UHGV virus genome: UHGV-0182515
Source: a virus
Direction: 5' to 3' (one strand)
DNA: 42,850 nt
Below, in pieces: positions 8,551 to 17,388 of the stretch. Numbering within the stretch: the stretch's first letter is position 1; every line of letters begins with the position of its first letter. The translations under genes were made by a program, and so were the position numbers. Below the pieces are notes generated by a model that saw nothing but the letters and a program-made list of their open reading frames with translations, searched no databases and had not been told where the DNA came from.

Positions 8551-8739
8551 TTAAATTTCCTTCCATCCCCAATCAAGCGTTTCAAATGCTACATCACGCA
8601 TGTTTTCGTCTTTTTCGTCCTGATCCATTTCATTCCACTCATTCTCGGATAAGCCAAGATCATCGAGTGTTACAACTGTCTTTTTGCAAGAATGAATGTT
8701 TGCGCCGGAATCCAACCAAATTTCAAATTTACGTTCCAT
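8551..8739 (-). CDS. Hypothetical acidic protein in the ral position
   Basis: First gene downstream of N; 62 aa; no similarity to Ral recognised. Confidence 0.35.
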   Translation of the reverse strand: MERKFEIWLDSGANIHSCKKTVVTLDDLGLSENEWNEMDQDEKDENMRDVAFETLDWGWKEI

Positions 8740-8747
8740 ATATCACC

Positions 8748-9074
8748 TCAAATAAGTGGTTTGCTGCCTAATTTCATTTTCTGGCGACCAACACAAGTCA
8801 CACCCATTTCACTGCGTGGCTTGCTGTACCATGTGCGCTGATTCTTGCGCTCAATACGTTGCAGGTTGCTTTCAATCTGTTCGTGGTATTCAGCCAGCAC
8901 CGTAAGGTCTATCGGATTCAGTGCGCTTTCTACTCGTGATTTCGGTTTGCGATTCAGCGAGAGAATAGGGCGGTTAACTGGTTTTGCGTTTACCCCAACC
9001 AACAGGGGATTTGCTGCTTTCCATTGAGCCTGTTTCTCTGCGCGACGTTCGCGGCGGCGTGTTTGTGCATCCAT
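8748..9074 (-). CDS. N: Antitermination protein N
   Basis: MDAQTRRRERRAEKQAQWKAANPLLVGV..; the Arg-rich N-terminal motif and most of the sequence match lambda N. Confidence 0.9.
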   Translation of the reverse strand: MDAQTRRRERRAEKQAQWKAANPLLVGVNAKPVNRPILSLNRKPKSRVESALNPIDLTVLAEYHEQIESNLQRIERKNQRTWYSKPRSEMGVTCVGRQKMKLGSKPLI

Positions 9075-9257
9075 CTGGATTCTCCTGTCAGTTAGCTTTG
9101 GTGGTGTGGTGGCTGGAGTCGAACCAGCTTCCATCGGTGCGCTGCCGATTGGGTTACGCGCATCCTGCGGTTAGTTGTCTAGAATCTTCACCGCAAAACT
9201 ATTCCCTAGCTCGCCGTTGAGCTTCACCACACCCCAAAGCTTTCTGCTTTGAATGCC

Positions 9258-9288
9258 GCCCTTCTTCAGGGCTTAATTTTTAAGAGCC
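9258..9288 (-). promoter_or_regulatory. nutL (boxB GCCCTGAAGAAGGGC, boxA GGCTCTTAA)
   Basis: Minus-strand sequence GGCTCTTAAAAATTAAGCCCTGAAGAAGGGC; boxB hairpin identical to lambda nutL, boxA differs at one base. Confidence 0.85.
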
Positions 9289-9327
9289 TCACCTTCATGG
9301 TGGTTAGTGCGTCCTGCTGATGGCTAA

Positions 9328-9356
9328 ATAGTACGATTTGTACTTTATTGAGTCAA
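9328..9356 (-). promoter_or_regulatory. pL promoter (-35 TTGACT, 17-bp spacer, -10 TACTAT) with overlapping operator AGTACGATTTGTACT (9330-9344)
   Basis: Hexamers read on the minus strand; a perfect inverted repeat AGTAC-N5-GTACT overlaps the -10. Confidence 0.6.
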
Positions 9357-9420
9357 TACAAAATGTTCTAAATATAATTAGTTTTTTATAACGCTTTGTA
9401 TTTAATGGGTTTATATTTTG

Positions 9421-9450
9421 GAAAAAGAAAACCCGACGCTAAGGTCGGGT
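9421..9450 (-). terminator. Rho-independent terminator downstream of cI
   Basis: Stem acccgac/gtcgggt with a 6-nt loop, followed on the minus strand by TTTCTTTTT. Confidence 0.6.
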
Positions 9451-9481
9451 TATTGTTGTGTATTTTAGAGTTGTGAGGCTG

Positions 9482-10141
9482 TTAACTAAATGTCTCTTCA
9501 GGCCACTGGCTGGCGATAACTTTCCCTACTACGGAACAGCTATCATTGCATGGAATCATTGGATATTGCGGGTTTAGTGGCTGTAGGAACACCTGACCGC
9601 TATCCCTGATCAGTTTCTTGAAGGTAAACTCGTCACCACCAAGTCTGGCTATGCAGAAATCACCTGGCTCAACAGCCTGCTCAGGGTCAACGAGAATTAA
9701 CATCCCGTCAGGAAAGCTTGGCTTGGATCCTGTTGGCGCGGTCATGGAATTACCTTCAACTTCAAGCCAGAACGCACAATCACTGGCTTTTTTGGTTGTG
9801 CTGACCCATCTCTCCGCATCACCTTTGGTAAAGGTTCTAAGCTCAGGCGAGAACATCCCGGCCTGAACATGAGAAAAAACAGGGTACTCATATTGTTTTT
9901 TTAACGGGGGCAGAGAGTATTCGCCAACAGGTGAAAATGTACCGTCGTGGTTGAATGAGACGTTATCAATACCAAGGTATTTAAACACCACACCAATCTC
10001 GTCAAGAGATGGATGACGAGATCCGCGCAACCAGTGACCAATTCCACCCTGCGTCATACCAAGCTCTTCAGCTAACCTCTCTTGAGTTATGCCGAGCTCT
10101 TTCATTCTGGATCTAGCCAGTTCATACCATTTCATTTTCAT
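9482..10141 (-). CDS. cI: CI-type prophage repressor (heterologous HTH N-domain joined to a lambda-like S24 C-domain)
   Basis: C-terminal part [18 protein letters not shown]...EVEGNSM...FKKL... is near-identical to lambda CI (catalytic Ser and Lys present); N-terminal 90 aa are an unrelated HTH domain. Confidence 0.85.
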   Translation of the reverse strand: MKMKWYELARSRMKELGITQERLAEELGMTQGGIGHWLRGSRHPSLDEIGVVFKYLGIDNVSFNHDGTFSPVGEYSLPPLKKQYEYPVFSHVQAGMFSPELRTFTKGDAERWVSTTKKASDCAFWLEVEGNSMTAPTGSKPSFPDGMLILVDPEQAVEPGDFCIARLGGDEFTFKKLIRDSGQVFLQPLNPQYPMIPCNDSCSVVGKVIASQWPEETFS

Positions 10142-10150
10142 ACCATTATT

Positions 10151-10227
10151 ATTACGCTATGTACTAAAACCATCCATGCACAAGATGTATTTTTTTGTTT
10201 GCATTCTAAAAGTACATATCGTATTAT
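10151..10227. promoter_or_regulatory. oR/pR/pRM region: operator-like sites ATTACgctatGTACT (10151-10165) and AGTACatatcGTATT (10211-10225); pR -35 TTGCAT (10199-10204), -10 TATTAT (10222-10227)
   Basis: Two imperfect copies of the AGTAC-N5-GTACT palindrome seen at pL; the second overlaps the putative pR -10. Confidence 0.45.
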
Positions 10228-10253
10228 TGTTTCATGGTTACTATGGAGGGCAT

Positions 10254-10469
10254 ATGAGCAACCTACGAAAATATCGAGAGTCACTGAATATCTCTCAAAC
10301 AACACTTGCTAAGGCAGTTGGATGCACACAGGGAGCTATCGGACATTGGGAATCTGGTCGTCGCTTCCCAGACCTTAAAACATGCCGTGCTCTTGTTGAG
10401 TGCCTAAACAAGTTAGGCGCAAAAGTCAGTCTTGATGACGTGTTCCCGCCGGAACACAAAGCCGCTTAA
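10254..10469 (+). CDS. cro: Cro-type repressor (HTH, 71 aa)
   Basis: GGAGGG located 4 nt upstream of the ATG; HTH motif QTTLAKAVGCTQGAIGHWESG; divergent from cI. Confidence 0.75.
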   Translation: MSNLRKYRESLNISQTTLAKAVGCTQGAIGHWESGRRFPDLKTCRALVECLNKLGAKVSLDDVFPPEHKAA

Positions 10470-10477
10470 GACATTCT

Positions 10478-10509
10478 CGCTCTTACACATCACAGCCCTG
10501 AAAAAGGGC
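10478..10509 (+). promoter_or_regulatory. nutR (boxA CGCTCTTAC, boxB GCCCTGAAAAAGGGC), followed by a tR1-like region
   Basis: Sequence matches lambda nutR and the lambda cro-cII intergenic region. Confidence 0.85.
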
Positions 10510-10588
10510 ATCAAATTAAACCACACCTATGGTGTATGCATTTATTTGCATACATTCAATCAATTGTTATCTAAGGAAATACTTACAT

Positions 10589-10882
10589 ATGGTTCGTGCA
10601 AACAAACGCAACGAGGCTCTAAGAATCGAGAGTGCGTTGCTTAACAAAATCGCAATGCTTGGAACTGAGAAGACAGCGGAAGCTGTGGGAGTTGATAAGT
10701 CGCAGATCAGCAGGTGGAAGAGGGACTGGATTCCAAAGTTCTCAATGCTGCTTGCTGTTCTTGAATGGGGCGTCGTTGACGACGACATGGCTCGATTGGC
10801 ACGACAAGTTGCTTCGATTCTCACCAATAAAAAACGCCCGGCGGCAACCGAGCGTTCTGATCAAATACAAATGGAATTTTAA
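10589..10882 (+). CDS. cII: CII transcriptional activator
   Basis: MVRANKRNEALRIESALLNKIAMLGTEKTAEAVGVDKSQISRWKRDWIPKFSMLLAVLEWGV.. is essentially lambda CII. Confidence 0.9.
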   Translation: MVRANKRNEALRIESALLNKIAMLGTEKTAEAVGVDKSQISRWKRDWIPKFSMLLAVLEWGVVDDDMARLARQVASILTNKKRPAATERSDQIQMEF

Positions 10883-10904
10883 CAACATCCAACGAGGTAA
10901 TTAT

Positions 10905-11177
10905 ATGCGAAACAAAGGCTTTAATCCACCTGATACACACAAAGAAGCTAAGCGTTTGCGCTTCCTTCGTTCCATTGATGAAAGAACTCAAATCTCTTTT
11001 GTGAAAGTTGCCAGAACTGAGCTTCTGAAGGCTGAGGCGAGGGCGTTGCTCCCGTCTCTACCAAAAGAGGAGGGATATACGTTCATTCCAAACGCATTTC
11101 TGGAAAAGCTTCTCAAAGAAGACATATCCGTAAGTCAGTTTAACGATGTTCTTAAGGTCTTTCGTCAAGGCAGGTAG
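10905..11177 (+). CDS. Hypothetical protein between cII and the replication genes (90 aa)
   Basis: ORF starting at the first ATG after the cII stop; basic; no recognised domain. Confidence 0.4.
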   Translation: MRNKGFNPPDTHKEAKRLRFLRSIDERTQISFVKVARTELLKAEARALLPSLPKEEGYTFIPNAFLEKLLKEDISVSQFNDVLKVFRQGR

Positions 11178-11179
11178 TT

Positions 11180-12127
11180 ATGAGCAATACAGCAAAAATC
11201 TACGATTTCAGCGCCGCACACGAGCGCAGGAGCAACAGGATGGAGAACCAGAAAACTGGTTACATTCCGTTGTACCGGAGCATTCTGAAACAGTCATGGG
11301 CGAAAGATGTTTATCTTCGCACCCTGTGGGAAAACCTTCTCCTGAATGCCGCCAGAAAGCCATACAAAGCGAATTTCAAAGGTCATGAATGGCATCTGCA
11401 ACCCGGTCAACTGGTTGTGACAGCAGCTGATTTAGGTCTTCAGTTATGCGACAGACATGGCAAGCCAGCAAGCCGTGATCAGGTTGAGCGGATGCTTCAG
11501 GTTTTTGTGAAAGAAGGGATGATCTCCATTGATGGAGAGAAGCAAAAAGGTCGTGTGATCACCATCACAAATTACCATGAATATGCTCAAAAAATGGACA
11601 ATTTACCCGCACATGATGCCGCACAAACAACCGCACATGATGCCGCACATGACGAAGCCAGTAATGGCGCAGCTTTCAGCGCACATTCCGCACATGAAAG
11701 CGCACATGAAGCCGCACAAACAACCGCACATCATGAACAAGAAGGTATTAACAAGAATATAAATAATACCCCCCTACCCCCCAATGGGGGCGGCGATGGG
11801 CAGGTTAAACCTGAACGTCGCAAGGCAGAACGAATCGACTACGAATCCTTCCTGAACGCCTACAACACCGAAGTCGGTGACAGACTTCCACATGCTGTTG
11901 CAGTCAACGAGAAACGCAAACGCCGCCTGAAGAAAATCATCCCGCAACTGAAAACGCCAAACGTGGACGGTTTCAGAGCGTATGTCAGGGCGTTTGTGCA
12001 TCAGGCCAAGCCGTTTTACTTCGGAGACAACGACACGGGCTGGACGGCTGATTTTGATTACCTGTTGAGGGAAGATTCGTTAACGGGAGTACGGGAAGGG
12101 AAGTTTGCAGACAGGGGGATTGCATGA
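11180..12127 (+). CDS. Replication initiator, O-like (contains the origin repeats)
   Basis: N-terminus [11 protein letters not shown] resembles lambda O (MTNTAKILNF..); the internal AH/AQ-rich segment is encoded by tandem DNA repeats. Confidence 0.7.
   Translation: MSNTAKIYDFSAAHERRSNRMENQKTGYIPLYRSILKQSWAKDVYLRTLWENLLLNAARKPYKANFKGHEWHLQPGQLVVTAADLGLQLCDRHGKPASRDQVERMLQVFVKEGMISIDGEKQKGRVITITNYHEYAQKMDNLPAHDAAQTTAHDAAHDEASNGAAFSAHSAHESAHEAAQTTAHHEQEGINKNINNTPLPPNGGGDGQVKPERRKAERIDYESFLNAYNTEVGDRLPHAVAVNEKRKRRLKKIIPQLKTPNVDGFRAYVRAFVHQAKPFYFGDNDTGWTADFDYLLREDSLTGVREGKFADRGIA
11606..11770. repeat. Putative replication origin: tandem about 12-bp iterons (CCGCACATGAxx) in two clusters followed by an AT-rich block
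   Basis: Repeats CCGCACATGATG / CCGCACAAACAA / CCGCACATGACG etc. read directly; AT-rich aacaagaaggtattaacaagaatataaataata follows. Confidence 0.55.
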
Positions 12128-13500
12128 GACAGGATATCGAAGCGAGCGTTATCGGTGGCCTGCTGATTGGTGGATTAACTCCAACCGCCAGCGACGTTCT
12201 GGCAACGCTGGAGCCGGAAGCGTTTTCAATTCCGCTCTACCGGAAAGCCTTCGAGGTTATCCGCAAGCAGGCGCGAAACAGAAATTTAATCGACGCGCTG
12301 ATGGTTGCCGAGGCGTGCGGAGAGGAGCATTTCACGTCAATCCTGATGACCAGCAAAAACTGCCCGAGTGCCGCAAACCTGAAGGGATATGCCGGAATGG
12401 TCGCGGATAACTATCACCGCCGTCTGGTGCTGGAAATCATGGATGAAATGCGTGAACCAATTCAGAGCGGAACCATCGACGCATCGAGTCAGGCGATGGA
12501 TGAACTTGTAAAGCGTCTTTCAGCCATCAGAAAGCCCCGTGACGAGGTTAAACCGGTACGGTTAGGGGAAATCATCACTGACTACACTGACACGCTTGAC
12601 AGGCGTCTGAGGAACGGAGAAGAGTCAGATACCCTGAAGACCGGAATCGACGAACTTGACGCCATCACCGGAGGGATGAACGCAGAAGACCTGGTGATTA
12701 TCGCCGCTCGTCCCGGTATGGGTAAAACCGAACTGGCGCTGAAGATTGCCGAAGGCGTTGCAAGCCGCGTTATTCCTGGTTCTGACGTCCGGCGCGGAGT
12801 GTTGATTTTCTCAATGGAAATGAGCGCATTGCAGATTGCAGAGCGAAGTATTGCCAACGCCGGGAGGATGTCGGTTAGTGTGCTGCGAAATCCTGCATCG
12901 ATGGATGACGAAGGCTGGGCGCGCGTTGCTAACGGCATGAGTCAGCTTGCAGATTTGGATGTATGGGTAGTCGATGCCTCGCGGTTATCGGTCGAAGAAA
13001 TACGCTCAATCGCAGAACGGCACAAACAGGAAAATCCAAACCTGTCACTCATCATGGTGGATTATCTTGGCCTGATTGAGAAGCCGAAAGCAGATCGCAA
13101 CGACCTCGCAATTGCTCACATCTCCGGAAGCCTGAAGGCGATGGCGAAAGACCTGAAAACGCCTGTTATCTCCCTGAGTCAGCTTTCGCGCGATGTTGAG
13201 AAGCGACCAAACAAACGCCCGACAAACGCAGATTTGCGTGATTCAGGAAGCATTGAACAGGACGCAGACTCAATCATCATGCTCTATCGGGAAGCTGTAT
13301 ATGACGAGAACAGTAGCGCCGCGCCATTTGCTGAAATCATTGTGACGAAAAACCGTTTTGGCTCACTTGGTACGGTTTACCAGCGGTTCTGCAACGGACA
13401 CTTTGTTGCATGTGACCAGGATGAAGCCAGACAGATTTGCACAGCATCAAATGCACCTGCTGCGCGTGGCAGACGATATGCACAAGGGGCTGACGTATGA
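12124..13500 (+). CDS. Replicative DNA helicase, DnaB family
   Basis: Walker [13 protein letters not shown] and conserved DnaB C-terminal motifs; start overlaps the stop of the O-like gene. Confidence 0.85.
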   Translation: MRQDIEASVIGGLLIGGLTPTASDVLATLEPEAFSIPLYRKAFEVIRKQARNRNLIDALMVAEACGEEHFTSILMTSKNCPSAANLKGYAGMVADNYHRRLVLEIMDEMREPIQSGTIDASSQAMDELVKRLSAIRKPRDEVKPVRLGEIITDYTDTLDRRLRNGEESDTLKTGIDELDAITGGMNAEDLVIIAARPGMGKTELALKIAEGVASRVIPGSDVRRGVLIFSMEMSALQIAERSIANAGRMSVSVLRNPASMDDEGWARVANGMSQLADLDVWVVDASRLSVEEIRSIAERHKQENPNLSLIMVDYLGLIEKPKADRNDLAIAHISGSLKAMAKDLKTPVISLSQLSRDVEKRPNKRPTNADLRDSGSIEQDADSIIMLYREAVYDENSSAAPFAEIIVTKNRFGSLGTVYQRFCNGHFVACDQDEARQICTASNAPAARGRRYAQGADV

Positions 13501-13573
13501 CCATCTACATCACTGAGCTAATAACAGGCCTGCTGGTAATCGCAGGCCTTTTTATTTGGGGGAGAGGGAAGTC

Positions 13574-14014
13574 ATGAAAAAACTAACCTTTGAAATTCGA
13601 TCTCCGGCACATCAGCAAAACGCTATTCACGCAGTACAGCAAATCCTTCCAGACCCAACCAAACCAATCGTAGTAACCATTCAGGAACGCAACCGCAGCT
13701 TAGACCAAAACAGGAAGCTTTGGGCTTGCCTTGGTGACGTCTCTCGTCAGGTTGAATGGCATGGTCGCTGGCTGGATGCAGAAAGCTGGAAGTGTGTGTT
13801 TACCGCAGCATTAAAGCAGCAGGGCGTTGTTCCTAACCTTGCCGGGAATGGCTTTGTGGTAATAGGCCAGTCAACCAGCAGGATGCGTGTAAGCGAATTT
13901 GCGGAGCTATTAGAGCTTATACAGGCATTCGGTACAGAGCATGGCGTTAAGTGGTCAGACGAAGCGAGACTGGCTCTGGAGTGGAAAGCGCGATGGGGAG
14001 ACAGGGCGGCATGA
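13574..14014 (+). CDS. ninB: NinB (Orf-family recombination mediator)
   Basis: [56 protein letters not shown].. matches lambda NinB. Confidence 0.85.
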   Translation: MKKLTFEIRSPAHQQNAIHAVQQILPDPTKPIVVTIQERNRSLDQNRKLWACLGDVSRQVEWHGRWLDAESWKCVFTAALKQQGVVPNLAGNGFVVIGQSTSRMRVSEFAELLELIQAFGTEHGVKWSDEARLALEWKARWGDRAA

Positions 14015-14187
14015 GACGACAGCGACGAAGTATCACCGACATCATCTGCGAAAACTGCAAATACCTTCCAACGAAGCGCTCCAGAAATAAACGCAAGCCA
14101 ATCCCAAAAGAATCTGACGTAAAAACCTTCAACTACACGGCTCACCTGTGGGATATCCGGTGGCTAAGACATCGTGCGAGGAAATGA
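14011..14187 (+). CDS. ninE: NinE-like small basic protein
   Basis: ATGA overlap with the ninB stop; [23 protein letters not shown].. recalled as NinE-like. Confidence 0.55.
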   Translation: MRRQRRSITDIICENCKYLPTKRSRNKRKPIPKESDVKTFNYTAHLWDIRWLRHRARK

Positions 14188-14189
14188 CG

Positions 14190-15134
14190 ATGACTGCGTA
14201 TTACAACGAAATAGATCCGTATGCAGCGCAATGGCTGCGTAACTTAATTGACGCTGGAGAAATTGCCCCCGGTTATGTAGATGAAAGGAGTATTGAAGAT
14301 GTCACACCAGGTGATTTGCGAGGATTTACCCAGCACCACTTTTTTGCAGGAATCGGAGTTTGGAGCTATGCACTTAGAAAAGCAGGATGGCCAGACAACA
14401 AGAGTATCTGGACAGGAAGTTGCCCATGCCAACCTTTCAGCTCGGCAGGCAAAGGAAAAGGGGTTGATGACGAGCGGCACTTATGGCCGGCATTCTTCTG
14501 GCTTATTGAAAAATGCAATCCTGGCATCGTTATTGGCGAACAGGTTGCAAGCGCAGACGGCCTCGCTTGGCTCGACCTTGTACAAACTGACTTGGAAGGT
14601 GCGAACTACACCTCTGCAGGTACCGATATTTGCGCTGCGGGCTTCGGTTCTCCGCACATTAGGCAGCGATTGTATTGGGTGGCCTACTCCAACGACAAAT
14701 ATCAACTTTCAGCCAGAGACGCGCAGGGGAATTCAGAACCTATCTGGATGCGTGAGACTAGCGGGATGGCAAACTCCTTTAGCGAACGATGCAACAGGTT
14801 CAACGCATTGCTACAGCGGAAAAGACAAGAGCGGAACCCCAAGAATCTGCTTGAAACTTCCCGGGACGGTGAAGCTATGTACCCATTACCGGTTAACGGC
14901 TTCTGGAGAGATGCAGACTGGCTTTACTGTAGAGATGAAAAATATCGTCCAGTTAGACCCGGCTCATTCCCGATGGTTAATGGCATTGCCAAAAGCTTGG
15001 GACGAGGCAAGTCCACACTGGGAAGAATGGCAAAGCGCAATCAAGATCAGCGAATTATTGGATATGGAAACGCAATCAATGCAGAAGTAGCAACGGCATT
15101 CGTGAAAGTTTGTATGGAGGTTGTTAATGCTTAG
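14190..15134 (+). CDS. DNA (cytosine-5)-methyltransferase, orphan
   Basis: Motif I FFAGIGVW, motif IV PCQPFSSAG (catalytic Cys), motif VIII RQR and motif X GYGNAI are present; GEQV sits where ENV is expected. No adjacent restriction endonuclease gene. Confidence 0.7.
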   Translation: MTAYYNEIDPYAAQWLRNLIDAGEIAPGYVDERSIEDVTPGDLRGFTQHHFFAGIGVWSYALRKAGWPDNKSIWTGSCPCQPFSSAGKGKGVDDERHLWPAFFWLIEKCNPGIVIGEQVASADGLAWLDLVQTDLEGANYTSAGTDICAAGFGSPHIRQRLYWVAYSNDKYQLSARDAQGNSEPIWMRETSGMANSFSERCNRFNALLQRKRQERNPKNLLETSRDGEAMYPLPVNGFWRDADWLYCRDEKYRPVRPGSFPMVNGIAKSLGRGKSTLGRMAKRNQDQRIIGYGNAINAEVATAFVKVCMEVVNA

Positions 15135-15303
15135 CCCATCCCAATCCATTCAATACCAGAAAGAAAGCGTCGAGCGGGCTTTAACGTGCGCTAACTGCGG
15201 TCAGAAGCTGCATGTGCTGGAAGTTCACGTGTGTGAGCACTGCTGTGCAGAACTGATGAGCGATCCGAATAGCTCAATGTACGAGGAAGAAGACGATGAA
15301 TGA
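15127..15303 (+). CDS. ninF: NinF-like protein
   Basis: MLSPSQSIQYQKESVERALTCANCGQKLHVLEVHVCEHCCAELMSDPNSS.. resembles lambda NinF. Confidence 0.7.
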   Translation: MLSPSQSIQYQKESVERALTCANCGQKLHVLEVHVCEHCCAELMSDPNSSMYEEEDDE

Positions 15304-15508
15304 TTACCTGAAATGGTATCTCTACCACCGCTGGTTAATTAAGTTTGCTGTAAAAGACTGGATGACAGCGGATGCCAACAAGCTTAAGCAAAGAAAAGAC
15401 TATTACTACGCCAGAATGAAGGAAAACTACTGCTCAATTCGCACTCGCATATTTATTAAAAAAGACCTTCAGTCAATTCTTCAATTGCGAGGGAAGGTAA
15501 ATGGCTAA
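15296..15508 (+). CDS. Hypothetical nin-region protein
   Basis: ORF coupled by ATGA overlap to ninF. Confidence 0.4.
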   Translation: MNDYLKWYLYHRWLIKFAVKDWMTADANKLKQRKDYYYARMKENYCSIRTRIFIKKDLQSILQLRGKVNG

Positions 15509-15791
15509 CCTACGCAAAGAAGCGCGCGGAAGAGAATGCCAGGTACGTATTTACGGCGTATGCAATGGTAATCCTGAAACTACAGTTCTGGCACATTACC
15601 GGATGGCTGGAATTTGCGGAACGGGAATGAAGCCTGACGACCTGATCTGCGCATGGGCTTGTAGTGACTGCCACGCGGAGATCGACCGACGCACCCGGAT
15701 TCTCGACAACAAAGACGCCAGACTTTACCACCTCGAAGGCGTGATCAGGACGCAGGCGATACTGCTGAAGGAGGGGAAGATTAAGCCATGA
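15501..15791 (+). CDS. YbcO-like (DUF1364) protein
   Basis: RGRECQVRIYGVCNGNPETTVLAHYR...CSDCHAEIDRR matches the Cys/His pattern of DLP12 YbcO-type proteins. Confidence 0.6.
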   Translation: MANLRKEARGRECQVRIYGVCNGNPETTVLAHYRMAGICGTGMKPDDLICAWACSDCHAEIDRRTRILDNKDARLYHLEGVIRTQAILLKEGKIKP

Positions 15792-16150
15792 ACGAATATC
15801 AGTTTGTACTTCCATACCCACCGTCGCTGAATACCTACTGGCGAAGACGGGGAAGCCAATATTACATAAGCGATAAAGGCCAGAAATACCGAAAAGACGT
15901 TCAGAAAATCATCCGCCAACTCAAGTTAGACATTTTTACCAAATCACGACTCCGTATCAAAGTCATCGCAGACGTTCCAGACTCCCGCCGCCGCGACCTC
16001 GACAACATCCTGAAAGGTTTACTCGACTCACTTATCCACGCCGGATTTGCGGAAGACGACGAGCAATTCGATGACATTCGCGTAATTCGTGGTGTGAAAG
16101 TACCAGGCGGAAGGCTTGGAATAAAAATCACCGAACTGGAGAACGTATGA
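15788..16150 (+). CDS. rusA: Holliday-junction resolvase RusA
   Basis: LPYPPSLNTYWRRRG...RRRDLDNILKGLLDSL..GGRLGIKITE matches the RusA family. Confidence 0.8.
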   Translation: MNEYQFVLPYPPSLNTYWRRRGSQYYISDKGQKYRKDVQKIIRQLKLDIFTKSRLRIKVIADVPDSRRRDLDNILKGLLDSLIHAGFAEDDEQFDDIRVIRGVKVPGGRLGIKITELENV

Positions 16151-16335
16151 ACGCCACAATTCAAACGATACCAGAGCTTCTTATCCAGACACGAGGCAAT
16201 CAGACCGAAGTGGCGAGGATGCTTTCCTGCGCAAGAGGAACAGTGCTCAAGTACAACCGAGACAGCAAAGGTGAGCGTCACGTAATAGTTAACGGCGTCC
16301 TGATGGTCAAACAGGGCAAGAGGGGTAGACCATGA
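16147..16335 (+). CDS. ninH: NinH-like protein
   Basis: ..GNQTEVARMLSCARGTVLKY... resembles lambda NinH (GNQTEVARRLKCSRGTVRKY). Confidence 0.65.
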   Translation: MNATIQTIPELLIQTRGNQTEVARMLSCARGTVLKYNRDSKGERHVIVNGVLMVKQGKRGRP

Positions 16336-16955
16336 GACTCGAAAGTGTAGCTAAATTTCATTCGCCAAAAAGCCCGATGATGAGTGACTCACCACGGGCC
16401 ACGGCGTCTGACTCTCTTTCCGGTACTGATGTGATGGCTGCTATGGGGATGGCACAATCACAAGCCGGATTCGGAATGGCTGCATTCTGCGGTAAGCATG
16501 AACTCAGCCAGAACGACAAACAAAAGGCTATCAACTATCTGATGCAATTTGCACACAAGGTATCGGGGAAATACCGTGGTGTGGCAAAGCTCGAAGGAAA
16601 TACTAAGGCAAAGGTACTGCAAGTGCTCGCAACATTCGCTTATGCGGATTATTGCCGTAGTGCCGCGACGCCGGGCGCAAGATGCAGAGATTGCCACGGT
16701 ACAGGCCGTGCGGTTGATATAGCCAAAACAGAGCAGTGGGGGAGAGTTGTTGAGAAAGAATGCGGAAGATGCAAAGGTGTCGGCTATTCAAGAATGCCAG
16801 CAAGCGCCGCATATCGCGCTGTAACGATGCTAATCCCAAACCTTACTCAACCCACCTGGTCACGCACTGTTAAGCCGCTGTATGACTCTCTGGTGGTGCA
16901 ATGCCACAAAGAAGAGTCAATCGCAGACAACATATTGAATGCGGTCACACGTTAG
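16332..16955 (+). CDS. Q: Late-gene antiterminator Q
   Basis: MRLESVAKFHSPKSPMMSDSPRATASD... with a Cys-rich zinc site; essentially lambda Q. Confidence 0.9.
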   Translation: MRLESVAKFHSPKSPMMSDSPRATASDSLSGTDVMAAMGMAQSQAGFGMAAFCGKHELSQNDKQKAINYLMQFAHKVSGKYRGVAKLEGNTKAKVLQVLATFAYADYCRSAATPGARCRDCHGTGRAVDIAKTEQWGRVVEKECGRCKGVGYSRMPASAAYRAVTMLIPNLTQPTWSRTVKPLYDSLVVQCHKEESIADNILNAVTR

Positions 16956-16997
16956 CAGCATGATTGCCACGGATGGCAACATATTAACGGCATGATA

Positions 16998-17026
16998 TTG
17001 ACTTATTGAATAAAGTTGGGTAAATT
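16998..17026 (+). promoter_or_regulatory. Late promoter pR' (-35 TTGACT, 17-bp spacer, -10 TAAATT) with the overlapping qut region
   Basis: ATTGACTTATTGAATAAAGTTGGGTAAATTTGAC matches lambda pR'. Confidence 0.8.
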
Positions 17027-17062
17027 TGACCTAACGATGGATAAATGCACTCGTTAAATAAA

Positions 17063-17090
17063 GCCCTGAGTTAATAGCTCGGGGCTTTTT
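17063..17090 (+). terminator. tR' terminator (end of the short 6S-type late leader transcript)
   Basis: Hairpin gccctgag/ctcggggc followed by TTTTT, about 55 nt downstream of the pR' start. Confidence 0.7.
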
Positions 17091-17388
17091 GCGTTTTAAG
17101 CACGGCCTTTCTGAAAGCACATCAAACCAAATACCAGACAGACCAAAATAATCACCTTATCCGCTGTGGCTACGGTGCGGTGTGCTTTGCATAAAACAAA
17201 ACCAGCTCAATGGCTGCCTTCGTGAAATCGGGTGGCAGGAGGTTGCGCTAACAACCTCCTGCCGTTTTGCCCGTGCATATCGGTCACGAACAAATCTGAT
17301 TACTAAACACAGTAGCCTGGATTTGTTCTATCAGTAATCGACCTTATTCCTAATTAAATAGAGCAAATCCCCTTATTGGGGGTAAGAC

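Noticed and set aside
10632-10904. Long upstream extension of the ORF ending at 11177, overlapping cII
   Set aside because: It overlaps the lambda-identical cII gene in another frame; the gene was trimmed to the first ATG after the cII stop (10905).
11577-11762. 61-aa His/Met-rich ORF over the iteron region
   Set aside because: It is the translation of the tandem DNA repeats in an alternative frame of the O-like gene; a repeat artefact.
11606-11770. Possible CRISPR array suggested by the short tandem repeats
   Set aside because: The repeats are about 12 bp and contiguous without spacers, lie inside the replication initiator gene, and no cas genes are present; they are origin iterons.
14281-15090. 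269-aa ORF in an alternative frame on the same strand as the methyltransferase gene
   Set aside because: The methyltransferase motifs (FAGIG, PCQ, GN) are all in the other frame, which also has proper coupling to ninE and ninF; this ORF is low-complexity and lacks its own start context.
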